NCBI GenBank assembly: GCA_904063045.1 | Contig: CAJFCJ010000003.1 | Coordinates: forward strand, 2,280,504 to 2,344,503 | Direction of reading: 5' to 3' | Origin: Dimorphilus gyrociliatus | Lineage: Eukaryota > Animalia > Annelida | DNA: 64,000 bases | In this document: positions 1 to 13,889 of the stretch, in pieces | Layout of the letters: each line of letters starts with the position of its first letter | How positions within the stretch are numbered: position 1 is the first letter of the stretch | Translations under genes and position numbers: made by a program | Notes under the pieces: generated by a model | The model's input: the letters and a program-made list of their open reading frames with translations, nothing else | Databases searched by the model: none | What the model was told of the DNA's origin: nothing

Positions 1-2312
1 AACTAAAGAAGAGGTCTAGAAATCATTTAAATATTTAAATGTGATAAATTTTCCATGGAAATGAATAAAAACCCGCTAAATGATTATCTCCTTCAACGCT
101 ATCTATACTTGAAAAAAAAATATAAACTCTTTTCTTATTAAATCTATTAATAGTTTGTTTTTCCTTTTTTCTTTTGTAATTCTTTTTTACCTATTATCGA
201 TTGACTGCTCCCGTTTAAAGCTTTTCAAAGAATTCGATTTAGAACCAGGCTAATTAGTATAATATTTAATGACGAAATATTTTTAATTAATTTCAATATA
301 CCTGTTTCTTTGATAAATGAACTAATTTATTAATTTTTCTATATAAATAAAATATATTAGATTATAATAAAGAGAATCTTTCTATTTGATTTTAATTGTT
401 TTAGCAATAGTTTACTTATTTTTTGAAGATTGATAATAAAAGAACGTTTTTTTAATGGCGGCATCGAATTCCCTCTAAGAACGTATATTGAAAATATTGA
501 AAGGAATTTTATATATAGTGTAACAAAAGTATATAATATGCATAATAACATCACCAAGGTCTTTTTCCTTGAGTTTAACATTTAAAACGATAACAAGATT
601 GTAAAATATAATTATCAAAACATAATTATTCATAATCTATTTATTTTAATAAAAAAATTATCGTTTTCCATTGAAGTTTCATTTAAATACAATATTATAT
701 CTGTATGAAAAGTAAAGATAATTAATCCTTCGGAAATTACTCAAGGTAAGACGGATAGAATAGGCAGACTTTCAAATGATACACAAACCTCTATACAGAC
801 GCTTTAAAGATTTCATAGAAATGTCAAAAATAGAGTAGAATTTTTATTTAAAATAGCAAATGACGAAAAAAAATTGCTTAAATTCATTGATGAGAATATT
901 GAAAATGCTGTAAAAAAGACATTCAGAATAGTTAAATTGTTTAATACTTGCTTATTTACTTATCAGCAGCTAATACTATATACTTTAAGTTAAATAGAGT
1001 ATTTCGGTTGCCATAGTAATTTTTTTCATCCGATACTTTATCTAAGGCTAACTAACTATTTGTAAAAAGAAAGTAAAATGAAATTCTATAACATTTTTTT
1101 TATAAACTTTACACTTATATCCAGTTAGGTAGAATCTTAAGGCTATATGAGAATTCTGATGGGAGACGTCTTATTATATTCTTATTATATCAAATATTAT
1201 TAGTATAGCATGTAGATATGTAAATTAAAATCATTATATGCATCTTCGGAAATACTATTTTCCTTTTTTTAAAAGGCTTCCAACTGAGAGAGATTTACCT
1301 TAGAAAACGTAACTGTAATTTAAATTAAACCGGAACTAATCCTATAAGAATATTTTCTGTAGAAGGTATTTCAAAGCATTCAAACAACGAGATTTATACC
1401 TTTTCAACATCTTTAATTAGTTTTGATAAAGTTGATAAGTTAAATGATATGGAACCTTTTTTTTTCTCCATAAATGAATAGTTTGTTAACTTGTAATCTA
1501 TTCCAAATTTGTCTTCCATTAAAAAGCAATCATTATCTTTCATATTTCCATATTTTGTCACTATTCAATAAATATTACATTCTATCCGTTATTTCTATCA
1601 GAAATACACCAGTTTTCATATTAATCTACACTGCTTAGAGGATTCGTAAACTCATCTATCCGTATTCTCCTCACAAACTGTTTATGAATGTCAAACAAGA
1701 AAAGAAAAAAACTGGAGCATTATAAAAGAACATAGAACAAAATAATAATAAACAACAAAAACATAAAAGTTCTGACAGATTGCGCGAATATTATCGACAT
1801 ATTAAATTTTAGTTATAACCTTGAAATTATTGATTTAATTTTCTATTTTAAAGCTTTTTTTTCATTGTAAATAATCTATTATTCTATTCTATTTTCTATT
1901 ATAAAAAAAAACGTAAGATAGAGAATTTCCTTTGATTGTCAATGTTACAAAATCTATATATTGTACACTGACCATGAAATTTATTGATTTAATTTGAATG
2001 ATTATTAATGAATACTTAATATTTTATTTACTATATTTTACTATTAAGTGTTTAATAGATTTTTCAGATATATTCAAATACTTCTAGTTTGAGGACAATT
2101 TCAGGTATGGAAGCTTTTTACATGTTCTTTCTAATTCTTCCGAGTATTTATAACATATAAAAGAACGAGGAGCGCCATCTACATACTAAACACTTTAGGT
2201 GACACCAGATGTTCAAAACGTTTCACGAAACACGTAAAAACGAGATCAATACGGTAAAAACAGTTTATAGCAGCTGAAAAATTCTTTATGAAAAGAAGAA
2301 TAGAGAGTAATA

Positions 2313-4471
2313 ATGCCAAATTTTATCTTACACGAAGCAGCTAAAGACGGTTATTTAGAACTGTTAAATAGCGCTACAAGACGAGAAGCGAACCAAAAGG
2401 ATGAAGATGGTATGACGCCCCTTATGTGGGCCTCATCAAAAGGGAATGTAGAAGCACTAAGAGTTCTTACATCACGTGGGTGAGTTAAACAATAAAAAGA
2501 CAAAAAGAAAAAAAGTGATTGTAAGTTTTACATTAAAGTTTTAACTAAACTAAAGATATACTGACTTTATTGCTTTATCAAAAGTAATATAGTTAAAATA
2601 TTCAACAATTTTAAGTAAAGTAAAGTTAATTGCTTAAAATGAGTAATAAAATATTAGTAATATTATAATATTGTTTTTAAAAAAGGGAAATTCTTTCAGG
2701 TAAGACGGCTTTGTTCAACCGTAATAAAGCACGTGCCTTATCAAAATTTTTCAAGCTTATCTATCTACAGGTTTAAAATTGCTTAAACTTAGGAAAAGAG
2801 TTTGAAAATCCCTTAGCTTTTATATTCTTTTCTTATCAACTTTCCCTAAAATACAATTATACTGTATAAGTGGACAGTCACAGAGATTAGTATAGATATT
2901 TCATATCAAAAGATGTGTTGAGAGAAGCGTTTCTTTCGTGGAAGTTTTTACTTAAAGCTATTTTGAATTTAATATACCATATATAAACATTGCTGTTATT
3001 GATCTATTAATAATTTATTCATTCATACGATCGCATTATCTCTATTTGTTCTCACTATACAGTTTGATTTTCTTTTTAAAAAAAAACAGTTACAAACATC
3101 AGTTATATTATATAATATAGGTGAGAAATAATAAAAAATTCATTTAAATTAAATTAATAATTAGTTCTAATTATACATGTATATTATTCACATATAATAT
3201 TATAATTAATTTTAATATAAAACGCATTATATGTACAAATAATCATAAAATAACGATAATTTTTAGTTTTGTTTGTTATTTATTTGGTTTGCTTTTTATA
3301 CTGTATATACAGTATATATATACTGTTTTCTATTTTGCAGAGCTAACGTAGATAAAGCAGATAACTCTGGATGGACTGCACTACATCATTCGGTTGCTAA
3401 TGGCCATGAGAAATGCGTAGAATATTTAGTCAATATTGGAGCTAATTTCTGGAATTTAGATAATGATTTAAGAACACCAATGCAATTAGCAGCTGTTTTT
3501 GATCGAATTGAAATTGTTCGATATCTGGATATGATTGTTGCTCAACAATCAGCACTTCATAAAAATTCTGTAAGAAGCTTAAAAGAAGTCGCTGAGAAGA
3601 AAGCTAAGAAAAGATTGAAAAGACGTGAAAAAGTTCTCGAAAAGTTAGAAAAGAATCAAAAAGACCAGGTTAAGGTCAGTATATATTTATGTCGTGACAG
3701 TGTTACTATAATTTTTGATGGAGTAAAACCATTTAATAAGGAACCTTTATTGTTTTATTATCTGACTATATCACGACTTTAAGAGATACTTTCTAAAAAT
3801 AGAATAAGAACAATAACTCAAAGGTTATTGACGAAGGAATTTTAAAGGATGACTTATCCGAAAGTTTTTCACAACATGTGGGTCTCTCCAATAAAGGTAC
3901 TGTTATTTCGAGGATTTTTGCCGGAAAGAGTAAAAGTAAACAGCCTCTAAATGGGACAACTAGAGAAAAGGTTACTCTCAAAAAGACTAAAACGGAATTA
4001 CAAGCCGATGGAGCAAACAGTGCTTGTAGTGCGCCGGCGGAACTTGGGTCCAACGAGCAAACTTCAAGTCTATTCGAAAGGCCTGGTTTGGGCTCTATGA
4101 TTATCATAAATAAAATAAAAGCGTCACTTGACGGAGTAAACGATGGAAGGGACGACGCAGATAGTATAGGTACAGCAAGGTCACTAGCAGTTCGACTTAA
4201 CAACTTTCAAGCGGACGTAGATGATCAAGACCAGGACGAAGAAGAAGAGTGTTCTGCTTTAGAACTCTTTCTGGAAGTGAACAATTTACATGAGATTCTT
4301 CCAAAATTAACTCAAGAGCGCATAGAGGCTAAGACCTTAATATCACTTGAGGAAAAAGATATAGATGAAATGGGATTTCCTCTAGGCATAAAAAAAAAAT
4401 TACTGGCTGCCATAAAAGAAAGAAAGGAGTGTTTTAAAAATTCGGCTATTTTAATAGACAATCAACTGTAA
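2313..4471 (+). CDS. USH1G: Ankyrin-repeat + SAM scaffold, SANS/USH1G (ANKS4B) family; exons 2313-2479, 3341-3674, 3803-4471 (~389 aa)
   Basis: Exon 1 read by eye ([41 protein letters not shown]) joins in phase through GT-AG to ankyrin ORF 3273. The central [12 protein letters not shown] matches the SANS CEN motif, and a C-terminal SAM domain follows ([27 protein letters not shown]). Confidence 0.9.
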
Positions 4472-4741
4472 AGTCTTTCAAATGAACAAAGATCCAAAAT
4501 TTTCAATCCTTCCTAAGAGAAAAATGTTGATTTTTAATTGATTTATTAAAAACAAACATTAGATAAAAAAAAAAAGAGTCAACGAAATTATCTGCCCTCT
4601 TTTCAACCTCTTTTTCTCTTCTTTTATAATTTATCTTTCTTTTTTTTTTAAGAATTAATAAAGATTGAACGTTTCAATTGTTTTTTAAATGTTATTTAAA
4701 ATGCAAACTCTCGATAGGAACCTCATGAAAATATAATTACT

Positions 4742-5933
4742 TCATTTTTTCTCATCTGCCTTCTCTTCCTTTACATTCCCTTCCTCATTCACTTCTGCCT
4801 CTTCTTTTATATTTTCTTTCTTAACTTGCTTAATATCTAAATCATCTGTCTTCTCCTCTGAAATTATTTTTCTTTTCAAATCCTCATTTAGCTCTTCTTT
4901 TACCGTCTCGTTCGTCTGTTCTTCCTCCTGTTGTTCTTCCTCGATTTCCTTATTCTCTTGCAGAGATTCATCAACAACGATGGAAGGAAATTTTTTAGAA
5001 TCTTTATTGTCTGTCCATATACTTTCCAACTTGATATAATATCTCTTAAATGACTGAATTTCAACACCTAACTCTTCACAAAGTCCTTTCATGACATCAT
5101 CAACATAGGCATTTATCAATAGATCTGCATTTTTGTCGTGTTTTGTTGGTTGTAAATTTACAATTATAATCTTTCCTTTGTTTTTTTTTGTTTTCATGGG
5201 CATATTACCGCAAGGTATTATCTGAAGGGATGTTCCTAAGCAGAGGCAAAGATCAGCAATCCTATAAAATGGTTTTAAACGAATCTTATAAACAGTTTCT
5301 ATATAATTTAGTAGAAACCTACTTGCAGTTTTTTTCCGATATTTCCAGAGCGCTTTCTGATAAATTATCTTCCCAATCAAGGATGGTATCCCTTAATTTC
5401 CCTCTGCAAAATCTTCCAGTCGGTTTTTTTAAAGAGCAAATATCACCGGTCAATTGTAAAGCCATTGTTTTAACAATAGTATTTTTGACATATTTACTAT
5501 GACATCTTTCACACTCTTCAACAAACATATTGCCATGTAATTCTGAAATTCTATTGCAAGGAAAGCCAGATCTTAAATGTAGGCCATCAACATTCTGAGA
5601 AATAACAAATTTTAAGTAATTTTTTCGTTCAAGAGCAACAAGGGCCAAATGAGTTAATGTAGGTTTTGCTTTTTCAAATGTAACATCAACTATAGGTTTT
5701 TGACCTTGTTTTTCAAGGGTCCAAACACCTTTAGGGCCTCTAAAATCAGGTATACCAGCCGAAGTACTTATTCCAGCACCAGTTATACATACTACATGCT
5801 TACTTTCCCGAAAATAGTTGGCTAATTGTTGAATTTTTTCTTTTAATACATCAGCGTCATCAAATTTCTCAGGCATTCCACATTTACCCTTGTGCTCGTA
5901 TGGAGACAAACCCTCAGCATAGTTTACAGACAT
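4742..5933 (-). CDS. SIRT6: NAD-dependent deacylase sirtuin-6; exons 5933-5323, 5261-4742 (376 aa)
   Basis: MSVNYAEGLSPYEHKGKCG N-terminus with GAGISTSAGIPDFRG, SQNVDGLH, ELHGN and CLGTSLQI motifs. A 61-nt GT-AG intron joins the two ORFs in phase. Confidence 0.96.
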
Positions 5934-6667
5934 CTCGTTTACCTAACAATAAAAATTAGTAATAATTAATATACTAATATAACAATATATATTAAACAAA
6001 ATTTACTATAGCAGCTGTGAAGAGTAAACTGAAAATTCCAAAAATAACCAAGCTTTAATTCTATTGAACAGAGAAGAGTATTACTGTACAATTTCTATGA
6101 TTGATTCCTTCATAGTTTTCCTCTCAAACCACGTAAACATAAATAATAGCCTATTTAAATAAAATTAAATACCAGTTAATATTAAACAAATAAAACACAA
6201 AATATATATAGTATATATATATATATTATATTAATAACAATTTATTTATAGCTCTCCTTAAGATTAATTCGAGCATTTTATCCATTACAAGAATTGGACT
6301 CTTAAAAAACACATGTAGATATTTGTTTATAAAAATATTCCTCTGCATTTGTAATTTCCTTTAAAAAAATAATATAAAATAGATTATAAATGATATAACT
6401 TACAAATACAGATTCTATGCATGTTTTACTTAATTTGGATCATTTTAAAATAGTTTTCTGATTTTTTATTTTGCTAATATTGGATACGCCGGTAGTAGTA
6501 TAAATTTCAAAAAAGAAATCAAGATATATAAATACTTGACATTTCATGCAGTACTGAAAAAAGGAGCTTTAAACAATAAAATATCTATTACCTGGTCAAA
6601 TTCGACTGGAAGCAAAGTATACTTCTGATATTACCATCAATGGAAAAATAATTCACTTCATACCTAC

Positions 6668-6676
6668 ACCGGAAGT
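6668..6676 (+). promoter_or_regulatory. ETS/GABP-type motif ACCGGAAGT in the SIRT6/MAIP1 divergent promoter
   Basis: Exact consensus in AT-rich DNA between divergent genes; a second copy lies at 12343-12351 in the ARIH2/MRPS22 divergent promoter. Function is inferred. Confidence 0.4.
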
Positions 6677-6863
6677 GGTGGAAAAAATGAAGAGACATAG
6701 ATATAGAATTAAAATGTATTTTTAAAAAATACCTCTATGCTAGTTATAGTAATGTTGTTATAAATTTTTTAAAATTGTATTTGATCCTTTTATTTTAAAT
6801 AAAATACTTTGTAGACTAGTATAGCAGACATGATTCACTTTTGCACTATAGTCCACAAGGCAA

Positions 6864-8046
6864 ATGGCGGCACACATGAAGAGATATTTATTTAATAAAC
6901 TATCGAGGATTTTGTTAAATGTTGCTTTTGATAAGCAATCTCTAGGATCGAAAACTAGTTATCGGATCAATTTCAACCAATTTAACCCTTCAAAATATTC
7001 TTCCTTGTTTGTAAACAACTTTCAGAAAAACTCAGTTCGGAAGTGCAGTACAAATAGAAATGAAAATAAGAGAATTGATTTAAAATTGATGGATTTTGAA
7101 GAAAGAATATGGCCTCATCCACTAAAAGTTTTTCGTAACAAATTCTTTGGTTTCCTCATTCGAGGATATTTTGACCATGATTTTTCAAGTCAAGAATTTT
7201 TAAAAGGTGCTGAACAGGTTGGATGCAAATTTTCCTCACTTTAAAATTTAATTTCTAGTTATTTTACTAATTGATTGAATAATTATTAAGGCAATGATAG
7301 TCGTTTCGAATTTAATATCATCTGGAAATTTTAAAACTCTATCGGAGAAGAAATATACGATAAAATCTGTAAGTTTAAAGATTACAACTATTATATCTAA
7401 ACAGAAAAGTCATATCACGTTTTCTTAAAAAAGATAATACCAGAAATACAGAAGAACTATAACCTGTTGACACAATCTCAAAGGCACTTTATTGCCGTCA
7501 ATGCAGAGGATATCTTCTTGCAGTTTATTTATGAAATTGGTATGATTTTTGATGACGCTACAAGTAAGTTTTACTCTAAGAAATAGTATATCTTAAGTGT
7601 ACTATTGCTTATTAAGCATATGCAATTTTTGTTATACCAACTAATGATTGATAAATAATATAACGCAGAGGAGCGCTATGTTGAAATAACTGCAGCTTTT
7701 CAAGGATTGCATGGCCTTGCGGATTCGCAAAGACAATCTGAAGAAGATCTTTCATTTCAAGAATATATGGCTGAATCCGGTGAAAAGCTTTATGTTACCA
7801 ATTATAGGTTAGTATTATTATATCTATTTCTGAATACATATAAAGCATTCTCCCTCTTTCAGATTCATTAGAGAATATACCAAAGGAAAGGACGACGTAT
7901 GGGTTATAAATCGATTAAACCATTTCAGTCCTAAAGAAATTGTAAGCAAAACTGGTATTTTTGATCGTTAGTTTTAAATTACTAATATTTGTATCTTCAT
8001 AAGATGCGATTGAAAAGTTTATTTTAATAAGACGATTAAATCTTAG
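6864..8046 (+). CDS. MAIP1: m-AAA protease-interacting protein 1 (C2orf47-like), mitochondrial; multi-exon, exact 3' end uncertain (stop at 7971 or 8046)
   Basis: Basic presequence-like N-terminus followed by IWPHPLKVFRNKFFGFLIRGYFDHDFSSQEFLKGAEQ. Later exons end in FIREYTKGKDDVWVINRLNHF, typical of the family. Confidence 0.85.
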
Positions 8047-8512
8047 AATGAAAGACAATAAAATATAATATCAATAATAAGACTTTCTATTTTCAAGTTA
8101 AATTTGCTGATTTCAATACGACGAAAATAAGAAAACCAGGCCTTTAACTAGAATTTAAAGGGCTAAATTTTTTTTTGGGGCTTAATAAGAAAATAATTTA
8201 TTTTCAAAAATGCGCTACAAATTGTCTTTTTTTTAGTTTTTCAAACAAAAAACAGGTTATCATACTAAAAAAATTTAGCATTGATGGCAATTTTTATGAG
8301 TACACAAAATAAAACACATATAAATAATATATGTACGGAAAGTATATGCATATAAGCTTTATATACATATAAAGCAAAAACATAATTTTATATATATATA
8401 TATATATTATTTTCTTTCAATTACACTTTACACAAGATATATTTTTATTCGTTTTTTGACTGTAAATCAGAAAGTTAAAAAACAACTGTTTTATTAAACT
8501 TTTGATTGCCCT

Positions 8513-11133
8513 TTACGTTACAAGGAATTCTCGGACTAGAGTTAAGCGACGCTTTTCAACTACGTCCATTTTATTTTCAATGTCCTGTGTGAAAAGAAAT
8601 TTTAGAAACATAGTAGCGACAATTATATCATTTCAATAAAGTAACTAACACCACGCGAGTCCAAAACAGCTCTTTCAATATCATAAGACAATGCTTCTAC
8701 TGCACTTTCCAGCTGTGCTTGTTGATATTCAAACTGTTATTTGAAAATGGTTTTAAAAATATGAGCATAAATATTGTAAGATTTGTACATATACCAATTC
8801 TTTTCTAGCTCCTTTTAACATGTAGTAAGCATAAGGATAAGTGTATTGAAGAGTGTAACGACATCTTCGCAACAATTCACCAGCTTTGTTCAAATATTGC
8901 CAGTCGATCCATGTGCCGTCTTTTGTTGTTACCTTTTCTTCAATTTGTTTTGCAATCTCCTTCATTTTGTCCTTCTCTTTTCGCAGAGAATTGTCGTGAT
9001 TAGCCCACTAAAATTATAAACATAAATAAAATAAATAAACTACAACTTGAAAATAACTTACGCGTTCAAAATAAAATAAATATTTCTTTAAAGCCTCCCT
9101 AGCTTGAGCATGCTCAGATTCATTAGCAATATTAGGGTTTTCTTTGTATTTCGAACATTCATAATATTCCGAACCATGTGCACTCCAATCCCCAAGACAC
9201 ATCCAACAGAAATCGTGACCACATTTTTTACATTTCTAATAATTAATGATATTTATATTAAAAAAGTTGCAATTGTCGTTAGTATATATCTTTTATTACC
9301 ATGTGATTACATCCACCATCTTTTTCAATACATACTTGGCACTTAGGACACTGTCAGAATTAATAAGTAGATAAGAGATGTTCTAATTTTAATAGTAAAA
9401 AATATTTCTTACATCCTTAGTATGAGCGCTAATGTAATTTGCCGTCTCTGAATCATCGGCACACTTGATCAGCCATTTCTTAATTGTATCGCAATCGGCT
9501 GGTGCATGATAATCGATTCCACATTTGAAGCTAATATCAAAAGGATTTTCAGTTATTTTAAAATGTACTTTCCATATAATAGAAAATAAATATTGCGAAT
9601 GCAGAGTAATGCCTCACCAGAACGTAGTTTTGCATTTTTTGCAGTCAACTCTCTTGGCTTCCTTAGCTTTTGCTTGTATTACAGCTGTGCAATTCGGTCC
9701 AGGACAATAAAGCAGCTCAGGATGGTTCTGAGAAAAATTTAATTTATCATGTTTATTTTCATTTTAGGCAAAAAACGTATTCTATTTCTGAAATTAATTT
9801 CTTTCTCGCATAATCTCATTTGTATATATATTAATATGCTATGACTCAAATATTGTTAATACTGAAAGTATTGAGTGCAGAATAAAATATACTCACAGAA
9901 ACATAGCTTCTGAATGTTAGCTCCTGATATTGCTGACTAAGTTTAGATTGATTTCTGCATCGTAATATAGAAAGAACGAAATCTTCCGGCATTAAAACAG
10001 TACAGTCAGTTCCCATACATCCAATTGCTAAAGATACATATAAATTTAGTTTATAATTAACTTTTTCATAAATCGTTTACAAACCAGTCGAAACTCCATT
10101 CAGTATCTGAACTTCGAAGTGTTGACACCAACATGTCTCACAAAACCGATGCCGACATTCAACCCCCAAAAGCGTATCAACTTCTTGAGCACAGACAATG
10201 CATTCGTTTTTGCGGCTAACACCCTGTGAGTGAAAGTATTATGATATGATACCATATATGAAATAGAGGTTTATGACATTTGAATGAAACTGATTTAAAC
10301 TTAACTGCTAATAGTAAAATTTTTAAAATTTGTGTATCAAAATATGTAAAACTAATCATTGGTTTAAAATTGTATATTAACAAGATAATAAATTTGTTAG
10401 TCAAAATGATAAATTTACAGTAAAATCACATTTAAATGTGATAAATATTATATTTGGTATATTTATATATAGAGGAAGGTCATTGTATCTATATACGATC
10501 TCAGAAAGAAAAATAACTCATGGTGCAAAAACTGCAAAAACAACTTTTGTTATTAAGAAAACTTTTTGCCTCAAACAACAAGAAACGGCGTAGTATCTTT
10601 ACAGAAGCTAGAATATGGACTAGAGAAATATATTTGCATTTAGCCGTTCCGAATATGAGTATAACAATGATTTTTCGTTTTTCTCGTCATAACTCTCTTT
10701 TACTATTTATTTTTACATAAGAGATAATTTACCTTAGCTATTTTAGAAGGTTTTATCTTTCCATTAATCAACAATTGTTCCGGGTTTTGTCTATATTCGG
10801 CCTCTATCTTTTGAGTATTCCAAGAATAGTTATGTAAAAGTAGTTTTGCCAACGAAGGAGAAACCTTTTTTAATTAAAATAGAAGTTAAGGCAATATAAA
10901 CTAAACTTATTTATTATAATCCATTAAATAGATTTAATACTCACATCAATTGTTTTACACATTGTTTCAACTGATGTGTTTAAGAGCATTTCTACCTCAA
11001 CAACTTCTAAAATTTTATACTCGAAAGATTCTGGATCTTTATCGTTATCAGTATGAGTTACATCGGGATCTGGATCATTGTAATAATCTTCATCACTGCC
11101 CATGTCACATTCCTCCATTTCGTTATCGTCCAT
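8513..11133 (-). CDS. ARIH2: RBR E3 ubiquitin ligase Ariadne-2 (TRIAD1); multi-exon
   Basis: Acidic N-terminus with DPESFEY, then RING1 (CIVC...[10 protein letters not shown]), IBR, RING2 [17 protein letters not shown], and an Ariadne domain with [14 protein letters not shown]...[17 protein letters not shown] and GTWIDWQYL. These are ARIH2-type motifs. Confidence 0.95.
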
Positions 11134-12342
11134 TTTTTTTATCTTCCTCTCTTCTGTAAAACAATTTACAAGAGTTTATAAAAATAACAATTTAATAGTC
11201 AGTCAGTTGTACTAGAAAAGCTATTTCAATTTCCCCTCTCCCATCTGCACTTCTTGTAAAATCAGACAAGCATAATCTTGAAAAAATACTGTATACTTAA
11301 TGATAAAAGTTTACAATTACAAAATATTTTATATAAATTTCACTATTGATAAATTAATTATGAATTTAGTATTGAGTATATTAATAATGACAGAAAGTCA
11401 TAATTACCCATATTAAACGGATTATAGAGAGTCAATTCAATTCGAAAGTGAAAATATAGTTTCTATATTTGGATATACTTGTTTAAAATTAAAAATATCT
11501 ATTTTTTAAAATTAATCATTATACATTTTATTATATAACTTGTTATATCGAATAGCTTGTCTAAATCAGCGCAATATTTCGTAATTGAACTTTCATCTTG
11601 ATCTAAGAGTTGGTTGAGTAAGAAAAAGGTCACACCTTGCTTTTGGTGAGTAAGTAAAAATTAGCAATGTGTACTCAGCTAATCAGAAAAAAATCACTAA
11701 CCGAAATTCAATAAAATTTAATAAAAAAAATGGTAAAATCGTGTTCAAACTAAACTATTTATGAAAATTTATTTTACTGATTTTCAGTCAATACAATTTC
11801 TATTTAATAAAACATGGTCTAATCTATTTTTCTTTTTGGCAAATTTTTTCGATGTGGTTAACCATACCTAAGTAAATTTTAATTTACCTTGTGTAATAAG
11901 AAAATTTCTTGATTTATCTTTAAAATTTAATCTAATAAACTACGGTAAAAGTATAAAAAATAGATAAGTAGGTTGTTGCTAACTCTGCGTTGAATATTAG
12001 GCAGACCAATGACTTGGCAATGTTTCTATATTCATGAAGAAATCATATTGAAAGAGACTATTTTCCTCGCTAAGCATGCTAAATCAAAGACTACGTCGAA
12101 TATTTTTAATTTTAAGGCTTTAATGACTTTTTTGGGAATAGTTTTACTAAAAATGATTTTAAGGAATAAAACGATTATTGGCTCAATAAAAGGAGTCGGT
12201 TGGTTTTAGAGATAAAATTTAGAAAATAAACATACCTTGCAGAACTTAGTTCAATAAGTGATAATTCTGATTTGAGTTAAAAGTCAGAATCCAAAGGAAA
12301 GATTTATAAAACGGATAGAAATATAAAACTAATAACAGTCTC

Positions 12343-12372
12343 CCGGAAGTGAACTTTTCATTGTGACGTCAC
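12343..12372 (+). promoter_or_regulatory. ETS motif CCGGAAGTG plus palindromic CRE GTGACGTCAC upstream of MRPS22
   Basis: Both consensus motifs lie within 30 nt, about 65-90 nt upstream of the MRPS22 ATG. Function is inferred. Confidence 0.45.
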
Positions 12373-12435
12373 TCTACGGTCTCTGCACAAAGCACATTTT
12401 GAAAAACTTTTCATAACCTTGCTTTATTGTTTAAA

Positions 12436-13889
12436 ATGCTATTAAGTCATTTAACCCGGAATTTGCGTTTCAATTCTGGAGCGACATGGTGTAGAAAATT
12501 TTCAAGAACTGTCTTAGCATTAAATGATACAAAAAGTAAGAAAACTAAACCGACCCTTCGAATTATACCGCATTGTGAGCGATAATAAAAGAAAATTACC
12601 GTTTTCAGATGTTAGCAAGTATGCTATGTTTTTTGATAAAAGAGTGCAGCATATATTGACTGACATTACTGGTAGAGATGAAGAAAAAATATATCGTCCA
12701 AGATACAGGGACACTGCAAAACCAACTTATCGTTTAGTAACTGATAAAGAATTAGAAAAAGTTAGTTTTTCTAGCTTGACTATCTGACTTTTATAAATAA
12801 ATACCTTCTTTATAAAAGCTTAAAAGCGATGCTGAAGAAAAAATTCAAAAAACTCTTCAAATCCCTCCAGTTCTTGATGAAAAACCGGATGTTAATGTAA
12901 TTCTTTCCAAAGACGAAGCCCTGGCAGAGCATGATCAATTTAATTATGTTTTTACTGATATCAGTTACAATATACCTCACGAGGTTTGTGTACTTTCTCA
13001 AGTAAGGGATAGTAATTTGTAAATATTCAAATATTGTTCTAGAAAAGAACTGTTACTGTCCGGGAAAAAGATGGAACATTGAGACTAGCCACAAATGATG
13101 AACACAAAAGAATGATACAAGTGTATTTTCCAGGGGAAGGCAGAAAGCACTATATGCCTAATATGTTTACAGAAAAACATCTTGAGGTACTCTAAAACCT
13201 TTAGAATTCATTCCCATTAAATGTTATAGATTGTCATTTGTAACAGCGATTATTAGAAGAAGGCGAATACGAATACATTCTTGATAGAGCTTGTGTTCAA
13301 TTTGATCCTGATGAAACGGATTACATTCGAGTAAGCATATAACTGTTTAATTATTAGAATTCTATTGGACACATAACGTATGTATATACATTAAATATGA
13401 CAGGTCACTAGAAGAGTTTACGAATATATAGCAGACAGGTCGGACTTTATGAAGTTGTATTCAACGAGGCATTTTGGTGCTGCCGCCTTTTTTTTAACAG
13501 TGCAAAAGAATATTGATTCTTTTATTGCTGTATTAATTAACTCTAATTTGTATGTATATAAATATATCGCATATTAGTTCCTATAATTATTTTACAATGT
13601 AATTATTAGGTTACATTCTGCAAAATCTCTAATTGATGTCTATTATATGGTACATAATCAAGAACAAGGCTTACCAAAAGAATGGTCAAATTTATCTGAC
13701 GAAGAAGCCATAATGGTTATTGTTTTTTTCATTTTTTTTCAAAGTTAAACAAAAACGGAATACTTTCAACTAATATTGTTATTTTTCTTAAATTAGATGT
13801 TTGCAAAACAAGAAGCAAAGGATGGATCTAGAATAGAATTAGCTTTACAAGTCTATAAAGAAAACGTTGAACGAGAAATGTCAAGTTAA
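12436..13889 (+). CDS. MRPS22: Mitochondrial ribosomal protein mS22; multi-exon
   Basis: Arg-rich presequence exon (MLLSHLTRNLRFNSGATWCRKFSR) splices in phase 1 to FFDKRVQHILTDITGRDEEKIYRPRYRDTAKPTYRLVTDKELEK. Later exons match mS22; stop TAA at 13887-13889. Confidence 0.9.

Noticed and set aside
400-1620. Short protein-like open stretches with splice-like sites (+420-590, +850-990, -1400-1560)
   Set aside because: Could not be joined into a stop-free model and no motif was recognised; may be a fast-evolving gene truncated by the window start.
10497-10695. Possible C/D snoRNA in ARIH2 intron 2 (ATGACGA ... CTGA)
   Set aside because: Box C is mismatched, there is no terminal stem, spacing is long and no guide was recognised.
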